Shown piece after piece: positions 1 through 14,800 of a stretch of 64,000 nt of DNA. Source of the DNA: Octopus vulgaris (lineage: Eukaryota). Both the position numbers and the translations under genes were made by a program. Below the pieces are notes generated by a model. That model did no database searches, was not told the DNA's origin, and worked only from the letters and a program-made list of their open reading frames with translations. Position 1 is the stretch's first letter. Every line of letters begins with the position of its first letter. Where the stretch lies: NCBI GenBank assembly GCA_951406725.2, contig OX597815.1, positions 151,032,001 to 151,096,000 of the forward strand, given 5' to 3'.

Positions 1-59
1 AGTTTCCTTGACATACTCACCGCCTAAACGTATTTTCAGTTTACTTAATTATTCATATC

Positions 60-665
60 TGTATTTTTGCTCTACATCCATTGCCTATTCTTTGCCTATT
101 TTTAAAAAACTGTTAATTTCCTTCATCAACTTCGATGGTCAGTGCAAAGATTAAAAACAGTGTGGGACATTATCGTATGCTTTCTGATAATCTATCCAAC
201 CAATAGCTAAGTTCTTTCTTATTCGCTCCTCACTCCATTCCATATCATCGGTCCTGGGGTTTAAGTTATGTATTTGTATACATACTGTTTTACTAATCTC
301 TATCAGTAACATCAATAATCAACCCCTATGATAATAATAGGTACTTTAGCACCTATTAATATAGATATCGTTGAGAAAACATTTTTTTTTATTTTCTTGG
401 CAGTTCTTGATAACAATATCTAGCCGATTGGCCTTGATCTCCCTAACAGTGAGTACAGATATTCCATTTTCCGGAATATGGTTATTTTGTCATTTTTCTG
501 AGACCTTTTCTATGGTATGCCATTACCATCTTTTTTTTTCCGTTGGCATTCCATAGTGCTGGCACAACTTCCAATGTATGTAACTCCCAACTCTGCCATG
601 TCTATGGATATATTCTTTCTTGGCCAAGACAGGGCAGCCAGAAACAGAATAATTTATTTTCTTCC

Positions 666-670
<5 letters not shown>
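60..670 (-). mobile_element. Degenerate R4/Dong-like RLE LINE fragments (RT piece plus C-terminal piece)
   Basis: The minus strand encodes RKNLAIGWIDYQKAYDNVPH (RT motif) and SGCPVLAKKEYIHRHGRVGSYIHWKLCQHYG, homologous to 22445-22989. The 5' end abuts (TAA)n at 670-728. Confidence 0.75.
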
Positions 671-728
<58 letters not shown>

Positions 729-1688
729 GTTGGGGAAGACTAAAGTTCGTTTGTTTGGATATTTATATTTAAAATTTGATTCTTTTTTGAGGTAGGTCAA
801 TGATACTCTTTCTTGTTTTGCTTGGTGTTTGTTGTTTTTTGGTGTGTTTTTTTTTTGTTTTTTCAATATATTCAACGTGAAAAGATAAAAGTCTTACAAA
901 ATTTTTGGCAAACACTACAAGAAGAGATATATTGCTATATTGCTAATTAAATTTTCTTGACGTCTGTGTTTACAATTGTGTGATATTTTAAAATTTCTTT
1001 TATGACTATTATTTAGGAAGAGATTGTTTACGAAAGACCTGAGTTATTGGGTATTATGATTCTTTGTACTCGTCTTATTTAGAAACGATTCATATATTTA
1101 GATATATTATAAGGAATTCGGATTGTTGAATTATTCAAAACTGTTTAGTATATAGTTGCTCTTCCACACGAAAATTATATAAAAAGATGAATAAATGTAT
1201 GAAAACAGACATATAATCAGATAAACTGTATAATAAAAAATAAAAGAAAACCTAGCGTGCGTGTATATATTGGTGAACGTTCGAGTTGACAAGGAAGAGA
1301 ATACTCAATCTGTGAATCATTATTCTGCGTTTCACGTTGCCGGTTAGTCAGACGATTCACGCAGGTAGAAAGCATAACAACACTCAAGCAAAAATATTTG
1401 TAAATACATCGAAATAGGATTAAAAGATTTGAATGGTGGCTACAAAAAAACGTTTGAAAATATGTTATACATTCATATATTCAATTGTTATACGCAGAAT
1501 ACGTGATATATATTCGTCTAATGATGTGAAAATTCAAGTGATATTTTCATGCTTTCAATATCAGTAACGTGCCCAGCCTTACAGCTGAAACGTGTAAAAT
1601 AAAAATAATGATGATGATGATGATGATGATGAAGATGATGATGACGACGACAACAACAACAACAACAACAATAATAATAATAATAGTA

Positions 1689-2240
1689 AAATGCCCTGAT
1701 GCAGTACCAGGCAGTGGCTCTCATGGCTTCCGATCTTAACTGATTGGAAGTGTTATCATGTACATTGTTTTGTCTTGGTATAAAAGATGGGCTACAGCAA
1801 ATATTCTGCTCAATACCACAGATTTGCTTGTCATTTGTTCGACTTTAACCAGTTGAGCATGTCGCTTAGTGACTGACGGTATACGCATCTCTGATCAAGG
1901 GGAGAAGTAGTGGGGGGGGCATCATAGCCTTGTGTTGAGAGGAATTATTTGGGGTTTGGATAATTGGCCTTTGGAAACATGGGTGTTTTGTTCAACATCC
2001 TTAAACAACCCTTATTCAGGGACCTTTTGAGCAGGATGGACAACTCAACCTGAATAAAATTCTAACTGGGCCCCACCTGTAAGGTGATGCGTTGTTTATG
2101 ACATCACCATGTCACGAACATATGGCTGTGATGCATGTGCCTGGCGTACCCTTATCAGACGGGTAGTCATGATGGGTATACTTTGCTTCATATATATTTT
2201 ACCCCTTCGTACTTTAATGGCATGCACTGCTCTCTCACTC
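1689..2240 (+). mobile_element. ~550-bp non-coding TAA-associated element, full copy 1 (strand arbitrary, set by the TAA orientation)
   Basis: Runs AAATGCCCTGATGCAGTACC...GCTCTCTCACTC with TAA repeats on both sides; 7 copies in the window. Confidence 0.85.
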
Positions 2241-2302
<62 letters not shown>

Positions 2303-2329
2303 CAACAACAACAGCAACAATAATAATAA

Positions 2330-2545
2330 TGGTTTCAAATTTTACCACAAGGGCAACAATTTGGGGGGAGTTGATGAGTCGATTACATCGACCCCGGTGT
2401 TCAATTGGTACTTATTTTATCGACCCCGAAATGATGAAAGGCAAAGTCGACCTCGGCGGAATTCGAACTCAGAACGTAAAGATGGACGAAATGCCGCCAA
2501 GCATATCGCCCGGCGTGCTAACGATTCTGCCATCTCGTCGCCTTA
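2330..2545 (-). mobile_element. SINE family B (GGCGGCGAGCTGGCAGAA head) with TTA tail
   Basis: Contains the core CCGAGGTCGACTTTGCCTTTCATC shared by many copies in the window. Confidence 0.8.
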
Positions 2546-2562
2546 AAAAAATGATGATGATG

Positions 2563-2653
<91 letters not shown>

Positions 2654-2730
2654 TAATAATGAGAAGAAGAAGAAGAAGAAGAAGAAGAAGAAGAAGAAGA
2701 AGAAGAAGAAGAAGAAGAAGAAGAAGAAGA

Positions 2731-3255
2731 AAAATGGTAGGAAAAGGGAGTCTTTGAAGCATCCGCCCAGCTACTGATAGACCAGGCAAGGACAAATTAT
2801 ATGAACGACTGGATCACAAGATTAGAGGTTGAAGAAATCCAGAGAAAATTTTTTAAAAAAACAAGAAGGAAGAAAAGAAACAGCAGCAAGAGACAGTGGT
2901 AATGAAGGGGTAAGAGATGAAGAATATGAAAAAGAAGGACTGAGATTGCTGATGAAGTAAATAGGGAAGATGATCTAGTTGGAGAAGTGACAGTTTATGC
3001 TGCAACAAAAGTTGAATGACATAAAGGAGATTCTAGGAAGACTGCGAGGTGAAATGTGTGATGGGAACAATGAGGTACCTCCAAATGTTATATATATGGA
3101 TAGAGGTAAAGTAAAGAGGCCCACGGGCAAAATAAATGACGTTTTGGGTTTCATTGGAACAGAAAATATTAGTGAAGCAAGCCAGTTAATCATAACTGCT
3201 GCTAATGCCGTAACTGACATAGTGGGATACAAGCGGAAAGATGAATGAAAAGAAA
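2731..3255 (+). mobile_element. R4/Dong-like LINE N-terminal fragment
   Basis: Translates as EKGVFEASAQLLIDQARTNYMNDWITRLEVEEIQRK and KINDVLGFIGTENISEASQLIITAANAVTDIVGYK, resembling the N-terminal region of R4-clade ORFs. Confidence 0.6.
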
Positions 3256-3289
3256 AGACGTTGAGCACTCGTTGAAAACCGGGAAACTC

Positions 3290-3947
3290 TTTTTTTCTTC
3301 TTCTTCATCTTCTTCTTCTTCTTCTTCTTCTTCTTCTTCTTCTTCTTCTTCTTCTTCTTCTTCTTCTTCTTCTTCTTCTTCTTCTTCTTTATTTTTTTTT
3401 TCTTATTTCGTGGTTACGCTATTCTGTAATACGAAGAAGAAGAAGAAGAAGAAGAAGAAGAAGAAGAAGAAGAAGAACAACAACAACAACAACAACAACA
3501 ACAAGAAATACAAGAAGAACAACAACAACAAGAAGAAGAAGAACAACAACAACAACAACAAGAAATACAAGAAGAAGAAGAACAACAACAACAACAAGTA
3601 CAAGAAGAAGAAGAAGAACAACAACAACAACAAGAAGAACAAGAAGAAGAAGAAGAACAACAACAACAAGTACAAGAAGAAGAAGAAGAACAACAACAAC
3701 AACAACAACAAGAACAAGAAGAAGAAGAAGAACAACAACAACAACAACAAGAAGAAGAAGAAGAACAACAACAACAACAACAACAAGAAAGAAGAAGAAG
3801 AACAACAACAACAAGAACAAGAAATACAAGAAGAAGAAGAAGAACAACAACAACAACAACAAGTACAAGAAGAAGAAAAAGAAGAAGAAGAACAACAACA
3901 ACAACAACAACAAGAACAAAAAGAACAAGAACAAGAAGAAGAAGACG

Positions 3948-3979
<32 letters not shown>

Positions 3980-5340
3980 GAAGAAGAAGAAGAAGAAGAA
4001 GAAGAAGAAGAAGAAGAAGAAGAAGAAGAAGATAAATTAATAAAATAAAATTACTCGAGAATGCGTCCACAGAATTACCATACTGTATTGTAGTCATATC
4101 ACATACATAGCTCCTATTATTACCTCGATTTTCTTGAGCTCTTGTGAGGCTTTCACTTTCATCAATCCTTATCGGACATTCATTTCCATCGCTTTTTTAC
4201 TGTAGGCAATTGATAGGTATTTCACACAAAGCAGTAGGTGGAAGCAGTACATTTCATTAAAAATGGATTTGACATTCAGCAGGTACCTTTCATTCAAGTA
4301 TCAAAAGTAGCCTCGAGAATTATTTTAGAAAAAAAAATCGCTTTCTTCTCCCTTGCCTGTGTCTTTCAACTCTTTATACTTTTTTTAATTTACATCTTAT
4401 CACTCCTCTTACCAAATCCAAAAACTGGCTTCAAGGTGGCGTGATATTCCAAAAGTGAAAAATCCATGAAAATCTATACATTCTTCCATTTTTCTTCAGT
4501 TGTCATTTTTTTTTTTTTTGCATTGTTTGGCCTCTTTTTTTTTATATTTCTTTATCGTTCATTTCATCCTTAGATATATAATATCAATCTAATAAAATAA
4601 TGACTTATTTAATTAGTCACGAGACACGTTAAGTTGAATGTCTTGCTCAAGGACACAACAACAATAATGATAATAATGTAATGTGTGAACTCTTAACTTA
4701 CACCCACTCCACTCCTTAAGCACTAGGGAAATGATATTTTACTTATTTCGTGGTTACGCTATTCTGTAATGCGAAGAAGAAGAAGAAGAAGAAGAAGAAG
4801 AAGAAGAAGAAGAAGAAGAAGAAGAAGAAGAAGAAGAAGAAGAAGAAGAAGAAGAAGAAGAAGCAAGGGGAAGAGGAGGAGGAGGAGGAAGAAGAAGAAG
4901 AAGAAGAAGGAGGAGGAGGAGGAGGAAGCAGAAGAAGTGGGGGAGGCGGAAGGGGAGGAGGCGGAAGGGGAGGAGGCGGAAGGGGAGGAGGCGGAAGGGG
5001 AGGAGGAAGGGGAAGAGGAGGAAGAAGAAGAAGAAGAAGAAGAAGAAGAAGAAGAAGAAGCAAGGGGAAGAGGAGGAGGAGGAGGAGGAGGAGGAGGAGG
5101 AGGAAGGAGAAGAAGCAAGGAGAAGCAAGGAGAAGAGGAGGAGGAAGAAGAAGAAGAAGTACAAGAAGTACAGGAAGAAGAAAAAGAAGAAGAAGAAGAA
5201 GAAGAAGAAGAACAACAACAACAACAACAGCAACAACAAGTACAGAAGAAGAAGAAGAAGAAGAAGAAGAAGAAGAAGAAGAAGGGAGAGGAGGAGGAGG
5301 AGGAAGAAGAAGAGAAGAAGAAGAAGAAGAAGAAGAAGAG
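3290..5340. repeat. Compound (TTC)n/(GAA)n/(CAA)n/(GGA)n microsatellite fields
   Basis: Directly visible; source of the poly-K/E/N/S ORFs. Confidence 0.9.
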
Positions 5341-6694
5341 TTTCTTAACTCGACAAAACATCATGTATTTATTGGCTTCAAATTTTGGCATAAGGCCAGC
5401 ATTTCATGGGAGAGGGAAAGTCGACCACATCGTCCCCAATGCTCAGCTAATACTTGTTTTCTTGACCCCGAAATTATGAAAAGCAAGGGCGGATTAGCAA
5501 ATCAGAACTTGAACACGAACGAAATGCCGTTAAGCACTTTGCTACATCATATATTCATTGAGAAGAATATACCTATGAATTGAACTGGTGTTTCATTCTA
5601 TAGATTCTACATCAATGAAAAGCAAAATGAGCCTTGGTGAAATCTAAACCCTACGTAAAGACACTGGGGTCTTATCAGCCAAGGTTAACCATGTCTCTGT
5701 ACAGGTATGAGTAAGATTTTTCGATGGGAAAGATTTTCCTATGAAAGTCCATCCATGCAAGTCTGCTCCCTTCACGCCAAAGACTTGTGTCGAAACAGCT
5801 TTTCCCCAGTGTCGTCATAGACGTCACTACCAGAACGCAAAGACCCAGAACAGATAGTGCAAAACATATTGCCTGATCCTTTCATAGTTCTGTCAGTTCG
5901 CCGCTCTGGGTTGGTACCTCTTTCGAAAGGACGAAAAGCAGAGCTGATTTAGGCAGGATTTTTAATTCGGCGTAAAGATGTAAGGCCCCCGTTGGTCAAA
6001 ACTAATCATGCATTTACTCGTTCATGTATGTGCAGGGCTGGCATGATTTTTTTTACTAAGACTGGGAGTTGCCCACGCATACATATCCACCCACACGCCA
6101 TATCATAGCGGTTCGGCAAAAGAGACCGATAGAATAAGTACTAGTCTCACAAAGAATAAGTCCTGGGGTCGATTTGCTCGACTAAAGGCGTCAACCTAAG
6201 TTGATACAGAGAAATATATTGCTTTAAACTGAGACAGACTCAGAAAAATATCTTGCCCTAGAGAGTCGGGCAATCCACTACCCTGGTTCATCATCCTTAT
6301 AAAGGCAAAAGGCTTCAGGGAATGGAAACTCAGTATAGACTCAGAGTCTCCGTTTGTTAAAATTGTCTTTGCATTTACAGGTGTATGTGCAAGCCTATCA
6401 TAATGTTTTAAGACTGGAATTTGTTCAGGCATTCATATCTCGTCTCTCCATGCCATTGCTATTTCCAAGGGAAAGACCACTGCCGTGAGCCGATGCAGCT
6501 TGGCACCAGTGCCATAGAATACTCTTGTATATAATTAGTCCTTACATTTAATTGTATAACATCATCTGCATCTACCGTCGTCTTTATAAAACTTGTTTCT
6601 TCCCCTATCCAACGCGTTTTTGTATACTCATTGTTTAACATTATTTGCACTTTATTGTAGCTTTTCAGTCCTTTGTGGCTAATAAGAAAACAAT

Positions 6695-6882
6695 TCTTTT
6701 CTATTCTAGGCACAAGACTCGAAATTTGGAGGGAGGGAGCCAGTCGATTGGGTCGACCCCAATACGCAACTAATACTTAATTTATCGACTCCGAAAGAAT
6801 GAAAGGCAAAGTCGACCTCAGTGGAATTTGAACTCAGAACGTAAAGACAAATGAAATAACCTTTCTGCCAGCTCACCGCCTT
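6695..6882 (-). mobile_element. SINE family B
   Basis: Matches the family B core. Confidence 0.8.
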
Positions 6883-7145
6883 CTGGTTGATTCCGATAAC
6901 GAACGAGACACCGACCTGCTAACTATCGCGTCATGTAGTGCTTTTCTGGTAGCGCGGCGGCGCCGAAGCCGTCGTCGGTAGTTCCACGCGCGACCCGAGC
7001 TTGCCGTTGCCGCTGCTCTCCTTCGCGTCCGGCGCTGCGGTCGCGGCGTGGATAATGAAACTGTCATGTAGCCGCAAAGTGCGCGGTGCCGTCGTCCGAG
7101 CGAGCTGGTTGTCGGGCGGGCAACGGCCGGATGAGACGTTCGTTA
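6882..7145 (+). pseudogene. 18S rRNA fragment (conserved segment leading into a GC-rich V7 expansion)
   Basis: TCTGGTTGATTCCGATAACGAACGAGAC..CCTGCTAACTA matches the conserved eukaryotic 18S segment before V7, followed by a CpG-rich stretch atypical of the window. Confidence 0.75.
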
Positions 7146-7307
7146 ATAAGAGAGAAATTCTTTTACTCTTTTACTTGTTTCAGTCATTTGACTGCGGCCA
7201 TGCTGGAGCTCCGCCTTTAGTCGAGCAAATCGACCCCAGGACTTATTCTTTGTGAGCCTAGTACTTATTCTATCGGTCTCTTTTGCCGAACTGCTAAGTT
7301 ATTATTA

Positions 7308-8445
<1,138 letters not shown>

Positions 8446-8651
8446 TTATTATTATCATTGTTGTTGTTGTTGTTGCTGTTGTTGTTGTTGTTATTCCGCC
8501 GAAGTTGACTGTGTCTTTCATCCTTACGGAGGTCGATAAGATAAGAACCAGTTGAACACTAGGGTCGATGCAATCGACTTAATCCCCACCTCCCCTGAAA
8601 TTGCTGGCTTTGTGCTGAAATTTGAAACCATTATTAATTATTATTATTATT

Positions 8652-9207
8652 GAGCGAGAGAACAGTGCATGCCATCAAAGTAACACTGGGGTAAAATATA
8701 CGAAGCCCAGTATACCCATCATGACTATCCGTCTGATAAGGGTATACCAAGCAGATGCATCACAGCCATATGTGCGCGACATGGTGATCTCATATCAAGA
8801 TAAACAGCGCATGACCTTGCAGGTGGGGTCCAGTTAGAATTTTCTTCTGGTCGAATAGCCCATCCCGCTTAAAAGGTCCCTGAATAAGGGTTGTTTAAGG
8901 ATATTGAACAAAACACCCATGTTTCCAAAGGTGTATTATTCAAACCTCCAAGAATTCCTTTCAACACACGGCTATGACACTCCCCCACTACTTTTGCTCG
9001 TGGTCAGAGATGCACATATCGTTAGCCACTAAGGGACATGGTCAACTGATTATGGTGGAACTACTGACAAGCGAATCTGTGATATTGAGCAGAATATTTG
9101 CTGTAGCCCATCTTGTATACCAAGACAAAGCAATGTACATGATAACACTTCCAATCAGTTAAGATCAGAAGCCATGAGAGCCACTGTCTGGTACTGCATC
9201 AGGGCAT
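8652..9207 (-). mobile_element. TAA-associated element, full copy 3
   Basis: Homologous to copy 1; lies in the TTA tail of a family B SINE (8495-8630). Confidence 0.85.
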
Positions 9208-9224
9208 ATTATTATTATTATTAT

Positions 9225-9304
<80 letters not shown>

Positions 9305-9495
9305 TCATTATTATCATCATCATCATGATTATTATTCCGCAGAGGTCGAATGTGCCTTTCATCCTTACGGGGTGGGGGCGATAAAATAAGTACCAGTTGA
9401 TCACTGGGGTTGATGCAATCGACTTAATCCCCATCTTACCCGAAATTGCTGGTTTTGTGCCAAAATTTGAAACCATTACCATTATTATTATTATT

Positions 9496-10049
9496 GAGTG
9501 AGAGAGCAGTGCATGCCATCAAAGTGACACTGGGGTAAAATATACGAAGCCCAATATACCCATCATGACTACCCGTCTGATGAGGGTACACCAGGCACAT
9601 GCAGCACAACCATATGTGCGCGACATGGTGATCTCATATCAAGATAAACAGCACATGACCTTGCAGGTGGGGCCCAGTTAGAATTTTCTTCAGGTTGAGT
9701 AGCCCATCCTGCTCAAAAGGTCCCTGAATAAGGGTTGTTTAAGGATGTTGAAAGAACCACCCATGTTTCCAGAGGTGAATTATTCAAACCCCAAAGAATC
9801 CCTCTCAACACATGGCTATGATGCTCCCCCACTACTTCTGCTCGTGATCAGAGATCCACATATCGTCAGCCACTAAGGGACATGGTCAACTGGTTATGGT
9901 CAAACAACTGACAAGCAAATCTGTGATATTGAGCAGAATATTTGCTGTAGCCCATATTTTATACCAAGACAAAACAATGTACATGATAACACTTCCAATC
10001 AGTTAAGATCAGAAGCCATGAGAGCCACTGTCTGGTACTGCATCAGGGC

Positions 10050-10053
<4 letters not shown>
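9496..10053 (-). mobile_element. TAA-associated element, full copy 4
   Basis: Homologous to copy 1; lies in the TTA tail of a family B SINE (9335-9478). Confidence 0.85.
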
Positions 10054-10102
<49 letters not shown>

Positions 10103-10838
10103 GCTGTGTTTCCTTACCAAGCATGGACGCTTGAATTCACTTGCACCACATTCTTAACAAACAGCTTCCGTTAATTATCCACCTTTCACCACTTTAACTA
10201 TTGTTAAAAACTCATGTTAAGTGGCTGAAAGCATATTTAATGCTTGTAACCGTTCAAAGTCTAAAGCAGGTTAAACTTTTAATGTTGCAATCCATTAAAT
10301 ATGGTGCCCTACTACCACAACCACCACCACAACCATCACCATAACCACCACCACTACAACCATCATCACCATGACCATAACCACAGCAACACCACTGCAA
10401 CAACAACAACAACCACCACTTAACTTATTATATGTCATCCGGATGATGTCACAATTTTTTTTTTTTTTCACTGATTAAAAACTTTGATTTTTTGGTTTTG
10501 TTTTGTTTTATTTTATGTTTCTTTGCTTCTGTTTTTTTTTATCCAAAATGGGAAAACCGAACTGTAAATAAGAATTACTGACAAAAGGAGCTTCTAAGTG
10601 GACACTAGACATGCTAGAAGCAGCAGCCAAAATATCTCTGATATCATAACTGTGGTTGAGGGATAACACGACACGAAAACATGACCATAAGTCAAATTGC
10701 AGCTAAATAACAACTATAATAACAGCAACAACAACACTGACATTAATATGTCAACCATCCACCCATCCACCCATCCATCCATTTTCTTCCCCATCTTATT
10801 GATTTGAGGGTCGTAGAGGTAGAATCCTCGGACATATA

Positions 10839-11228
10839 GGCGCAGGCGTGGCTGTGTGGTAAGAAGCTTGCTTACCAATCACATGGTCCCGGGTTCAGTC
10901 CCATTGCGTGGCACCTTGGGCAAGTGTCTTCTACTGTAAACCACAGGCCAACCAAGGCCTTGTGAGCGGATTTGGTAGACAGAAATTATAAGAAGCCCAT
11001 CGTGTATTTGCGTGTGTGTGTGTGTGTGTGTGTTTGTCCCCCATCATCGCTTGACAGCCGATGCTGGTGTATTTACGTCCCCGTAACCTAGCGGTTCGGC
11101 AAAAAGTACTATCAGATAGGATAAGTACTAGGCTTACAAAGAATAAGTCCTGGGATCGATTTGTTCGACTAAATGCGGTGCTACAGTATGGCCGCAACCA
11201 AATAGCTGAAACAGGTAAAAGAATTAAA
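10839..11228 (+). mobile_element. SINE family A (tRNA-like head, internal (GT)n, LINE-like 3' tail)
   Basis: A-box-like TGGCTGTGTGG, B-box-like GGTTCAGTCCC, CCTTGGGCAAG core, and tail GCGGTGCT..ATGGCCGCA..CTGAAAC. Confidence 0.85.
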
Positions 11229-11299
11229 AAATTCATATATATATAGTTACTGTGATGTTATACTGAAGTTTAGTAACAGCAAATCTCCTTAGATATCGA

Positions 11300-11502
11300 G
11301 AATCTTTCTCGAGATTTAAGGATCCGTGAAACAAGCTGCCAGACGAGATGGTGTAGATGCCGACGACCGCTTTGTTCAAAGTCTCCCTTGACCTCAAGTG
11401 GCCTGAACTCTTTACATGAACACCACTCTGTACATAACTCCATGCCCCCCTACATAGCCTTGCTTTTTGCTTTTTGAGCCAAAAATTAACTAACTAACTA
11501 AA
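11300..11502 (+). mobile_element. CR1-like LINE 3' end remnant
   Basis: Translates as NKLPDEMV*MPTTALFKVSLDLKWPELFT*, then a short UTR ending in (CTAA)n. Confidence 0.55.
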
Positions 11503-12560
11503 TTATGCAGAATATAGAATGTCACTTTGCAGTAGGTCGACAATGCGAGTCTCAATTCTAATATCTTTCAGCTTCTCCGAAGAAGTTATACATCACAAAA
11601 CCAGTTCAGGATTTAAAGAACTTGCGAAAGACAGATTATTAAGAACATATAAAAGAAGATACAACACAGAACTTAAAGGAGAATTCCCTCAAGATTTCGG
11701 TGCTTTTCAACACCAAATATCTCTAAAAAATACTCACTGGTACATTTGACTGCACTTGAATGCAATTTGAGAAATGATTAAGTGAACAAGTCAGCCTAAC
11801 CCTAAGTAATCTTTCACGTTATATTTCCTTTAATTGTAATTTGTTTTAATTATTGTGTCCTGTACTGTATTTTTTATTTCCGTGCATATGTGAGTATGTT
11901 TGTGTGTGTATACATATCTGTGTATATGTGTTGATGTATGTTTGTGCGTATGTGTACCTCTAAAATTCTTAAGACATCCTTTCACTATAATTATTGATAA
12001 AATGCTTTGTGGTATTTCTTCCGGCTCTTTAAGTTCAGCGTTCAAATTACTCCGAGGTCAACTTTGCCTTTCATTCCCCCTGGTTCGTACAAGTCAATTA
12101 TCGGAAGTGATAATAGCAACAACCTTTCCCTAGATTTTTTTGATTTTCATCTAAATCGGAAGCCATTATTATTGTTGTGGTGGTGGTGGTGGTGTGGTGG
12201 TGGTGGCAGTGTTGCTGCTGCTGCTGGTGATGGTGGTTGTGGTACTGATGGCGTTGATTAGTTTAAATTAGATGAAATTGCTTAAAGAATCTGCAACGCG
12301 TTTCCATTAAGCACAACCTTGACGTATTCTTCGGGTTCCAACAATTCCATAAAAATTAAGTTCCTGAGCTTTCAACAATGTCAGACATCCTTTACTCCAT
12401 TTTGTTTTGTAAGCACTCTACAGAGAAAGAGAAAGAAAAAGAATCCAGCATTTTTGTTTGTTATTTTTTGCTTTTTCCTTCTTTTTTTTTCATTTCTTTA
12501 ATTTTCGAAGAAGCTTTAAGAAGAAAATAACTTAAAATCTTGAAGCTATTGAAATTAGCG

Positions 12561-12918
12561 TGGAGGCGCAATGGCCTAGTGGTTAGGACAGCGGACTTGC
12601 GGTCGTAGGATCGCGGTTTCAATTCCCAGACCGGGCGTTGTGAGTGTTTATTAAACTAAAACATCTAAAGCTCCACGAGGCTCCGGCAGGGGAGGAGGGT
12701 GAAGAACCCTGCTGTACTCTTTCACCACAACTTTCTCTCACTCTTTCTTCCTGTTTCTGTTGTACCTGTATTTCAAAGGGCCAGCCTTGTCACACTCTAT
12801 GTTATGGGTACACGTGTCTGTGGATTGCCCAGCCACTTGCACGTTAATCTTACAAGTAAGCACTTCCGTTGATCGGATCAACTGGAACCCTCGTCGTCGT
12901 AACCGACGGAGTGCCACA
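12561..12918 (+). mobile_element. SINE family C (tRNA-derived head GGAGGCGCAATGGCCTAGTGGTTAGG)
   Basis: A box TGGCCTAGTGG and B-box-like GGTTTCAATTCCC; about 8 related copies in the window. Confidence 0.85.
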
Positions 12919-14400
12919 ATTGAAATTAGCAAATGCTATTGCGAGTACCATTGTTACTTTCGGGTAGGATTTTCTTGCTTGGATTACTTGTTGTCGATGT
13001 AAACCTCTAATCAACAAGCATGATTAAGGGAAGATTATGGAAGTGTTGTTGGCCAATCTGTACATTGTGTTTGCACGTGTGTGTGTGTGTGTGCGTGTGT
13101 AAAAGCTTGTTTGCGTAAGGATCTGTGCTTATATGGGTGTGATCATGTCAGTGTATGTGTCTGTGTATATGTGTGTAAGAAAGCTTAAGTGTGTGTTTGT
13201 GCACGCATACGGTTGTGGTTTTCATGTGCCTGCATATGCTTATGTGTGTGTTCGTATGCATGGGTGTATGTATGTGTGAGTGCGCGTGTCAGAGAACTTC
13301 AGTGCGTGTGTGTGTTCGTGTGAGTATGTGTTTGTACATATATAGGCACGTGGTTTTATGTGGCTGCTTATGTTTATGTATGTGTTTATGTCGACACGTA
13401 TATATATGTGTGTGTGTGAGTGTTTGTAAGAGAGCTTGAGTATGTGTATACATGTGGTGATGTTTGTATGTCTGTGTATATGTATGGGTAAGCTTGCGTA
13501 TTTATGCGCACATTTGTGTAAGAGAGCGTGTGTTCGTATAAACGTATGTGCATGAGTATGTGAGTATCTGATGTGTTCGCATGTGTGTGAATATGCGTAT
13601 GTACGTCTGCGCGGTGTAGAGGTGTGTATGTGTGCGAGAATGCATGAATCTAAATGAGTGTTTGTATGCATTTGTGTGGGCGGGTGTTTACATGAAAGTG
13701 TATAGATATGCGTGTGCATGCATACAGTCCTGTGTGTGTGTTTACGAGTGTTTGTACGGATGGTTTGTTAGAGACAGAGGAGAGCAAGACATTGAGAGCG
13801 TGTGTGCGTGAGAGAGGGAGAGAGAGAGAGAGAGACTGTGTATGTGTTTGTAGGTGTGAGACAGAGAAAAAGAAAGAGAGATAAAGTGTGCGTTTGTGTG
13901 TTAAAAATAAAATGAAATAAAGTTGTTACGGTAACAGAATAAAAAAAGAGAGAAAGGAGCAAATTTGTTGGGGAGAGAAAAATTTAGGACAGGTCATGGG
14001 GAGGAAAATTTAGGGCGGGGTGAGAGGTGAGTTTTTGATGTTTTCGTTGGTTGGTTCGAAAGCAATGGAATCTGTTAAAGAATTTCCTGTAAAAGCTATT
14101 AGGTAATTGAACAACTAATCTCAATTCATCACAATTTTTAAAAAACAGGTTTGCATGTATATTTAATTGAATTTAGAAGAATGACTGATGTACAGAGCAA
14201 GTGAAGGAGACAGCAAGGAATTGTGGGTTGATGCTTCAGTTGTCACCTGTAAGCGTTGTTGGCCATGCTTAGGTGTTGCGTTGGAACTGCTACGTGTGAG
14301 ATTCTGTGAGTGGGTCTCTCTCTCTTTTCTTCCTTCTTTGAATTACCGTCACTTCAGCACAATGTACACAATACGTGCACATCACATATAGGAATACCAA

Positions 14401-14800
14401 CAGGAGTGGCTGTGTGGTAAGTAGATTGTTTACCAACCACATGGTTCCGGGTTCAGTCCCACTGCGTGGCACCTTGGGCAAGTGTCTTCTACTATAACCT
14501 CGGGCCGACCAAAGCCTTGTGAGTGGATTTTGTAGACGGAAACTGAAAGAAGCCCGTCGTATATATGTATAGATATGTATGTGCGTGTATGTTTGTGTGT
14601 TTGTGTTTGTCCCCCTAGCATTGCTTGACAACCGATGCTGATGTGTTTATGTCCCCGTCACTTAGCGGTTCGGCAAAAGAGACCGATAGAATAAGTACTG
14701 GGCTTACAAAGAATAAGTCCCGGGGTCGAGTTGCTCGATGAAAGGCGGTGCACCAACATAGCCGCAGTCAAAATGGCTGAAACAAGTAAAAAGAGAAAAA
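14401..14800 (+). mobile_element. SINE family A
   Basis: Near full-length match to 10839-11228. Confidence 0.85.

Noticed and set aside
2096-5583. Long ORFs rich in poly-K/E/N/S/L/R, and many YI/CV/HT-repeat ORFs elsewhere
   Set aside because: They are translations of tri- and dinucleotide microsatellites with no domain content.
6196-6713. Two non-repetitive minus-strand ORFs
   Set aside because: No recognisable motifs or splice context; possibly a decayed TE.
9554-9592. CTGATGAG within the TAA element
   Set aside because: It is part of a simple hairpin (TATACCC/GGGTACA). Other copies read CTGATAAG, and no matching GAAA follows.
12561-12640. tRNA-like sequences at SINE heads
   Set aside because: They continue into SINE bodies and lack a proper cloverleaf and acceptor stem, so they are not tRNA genes.
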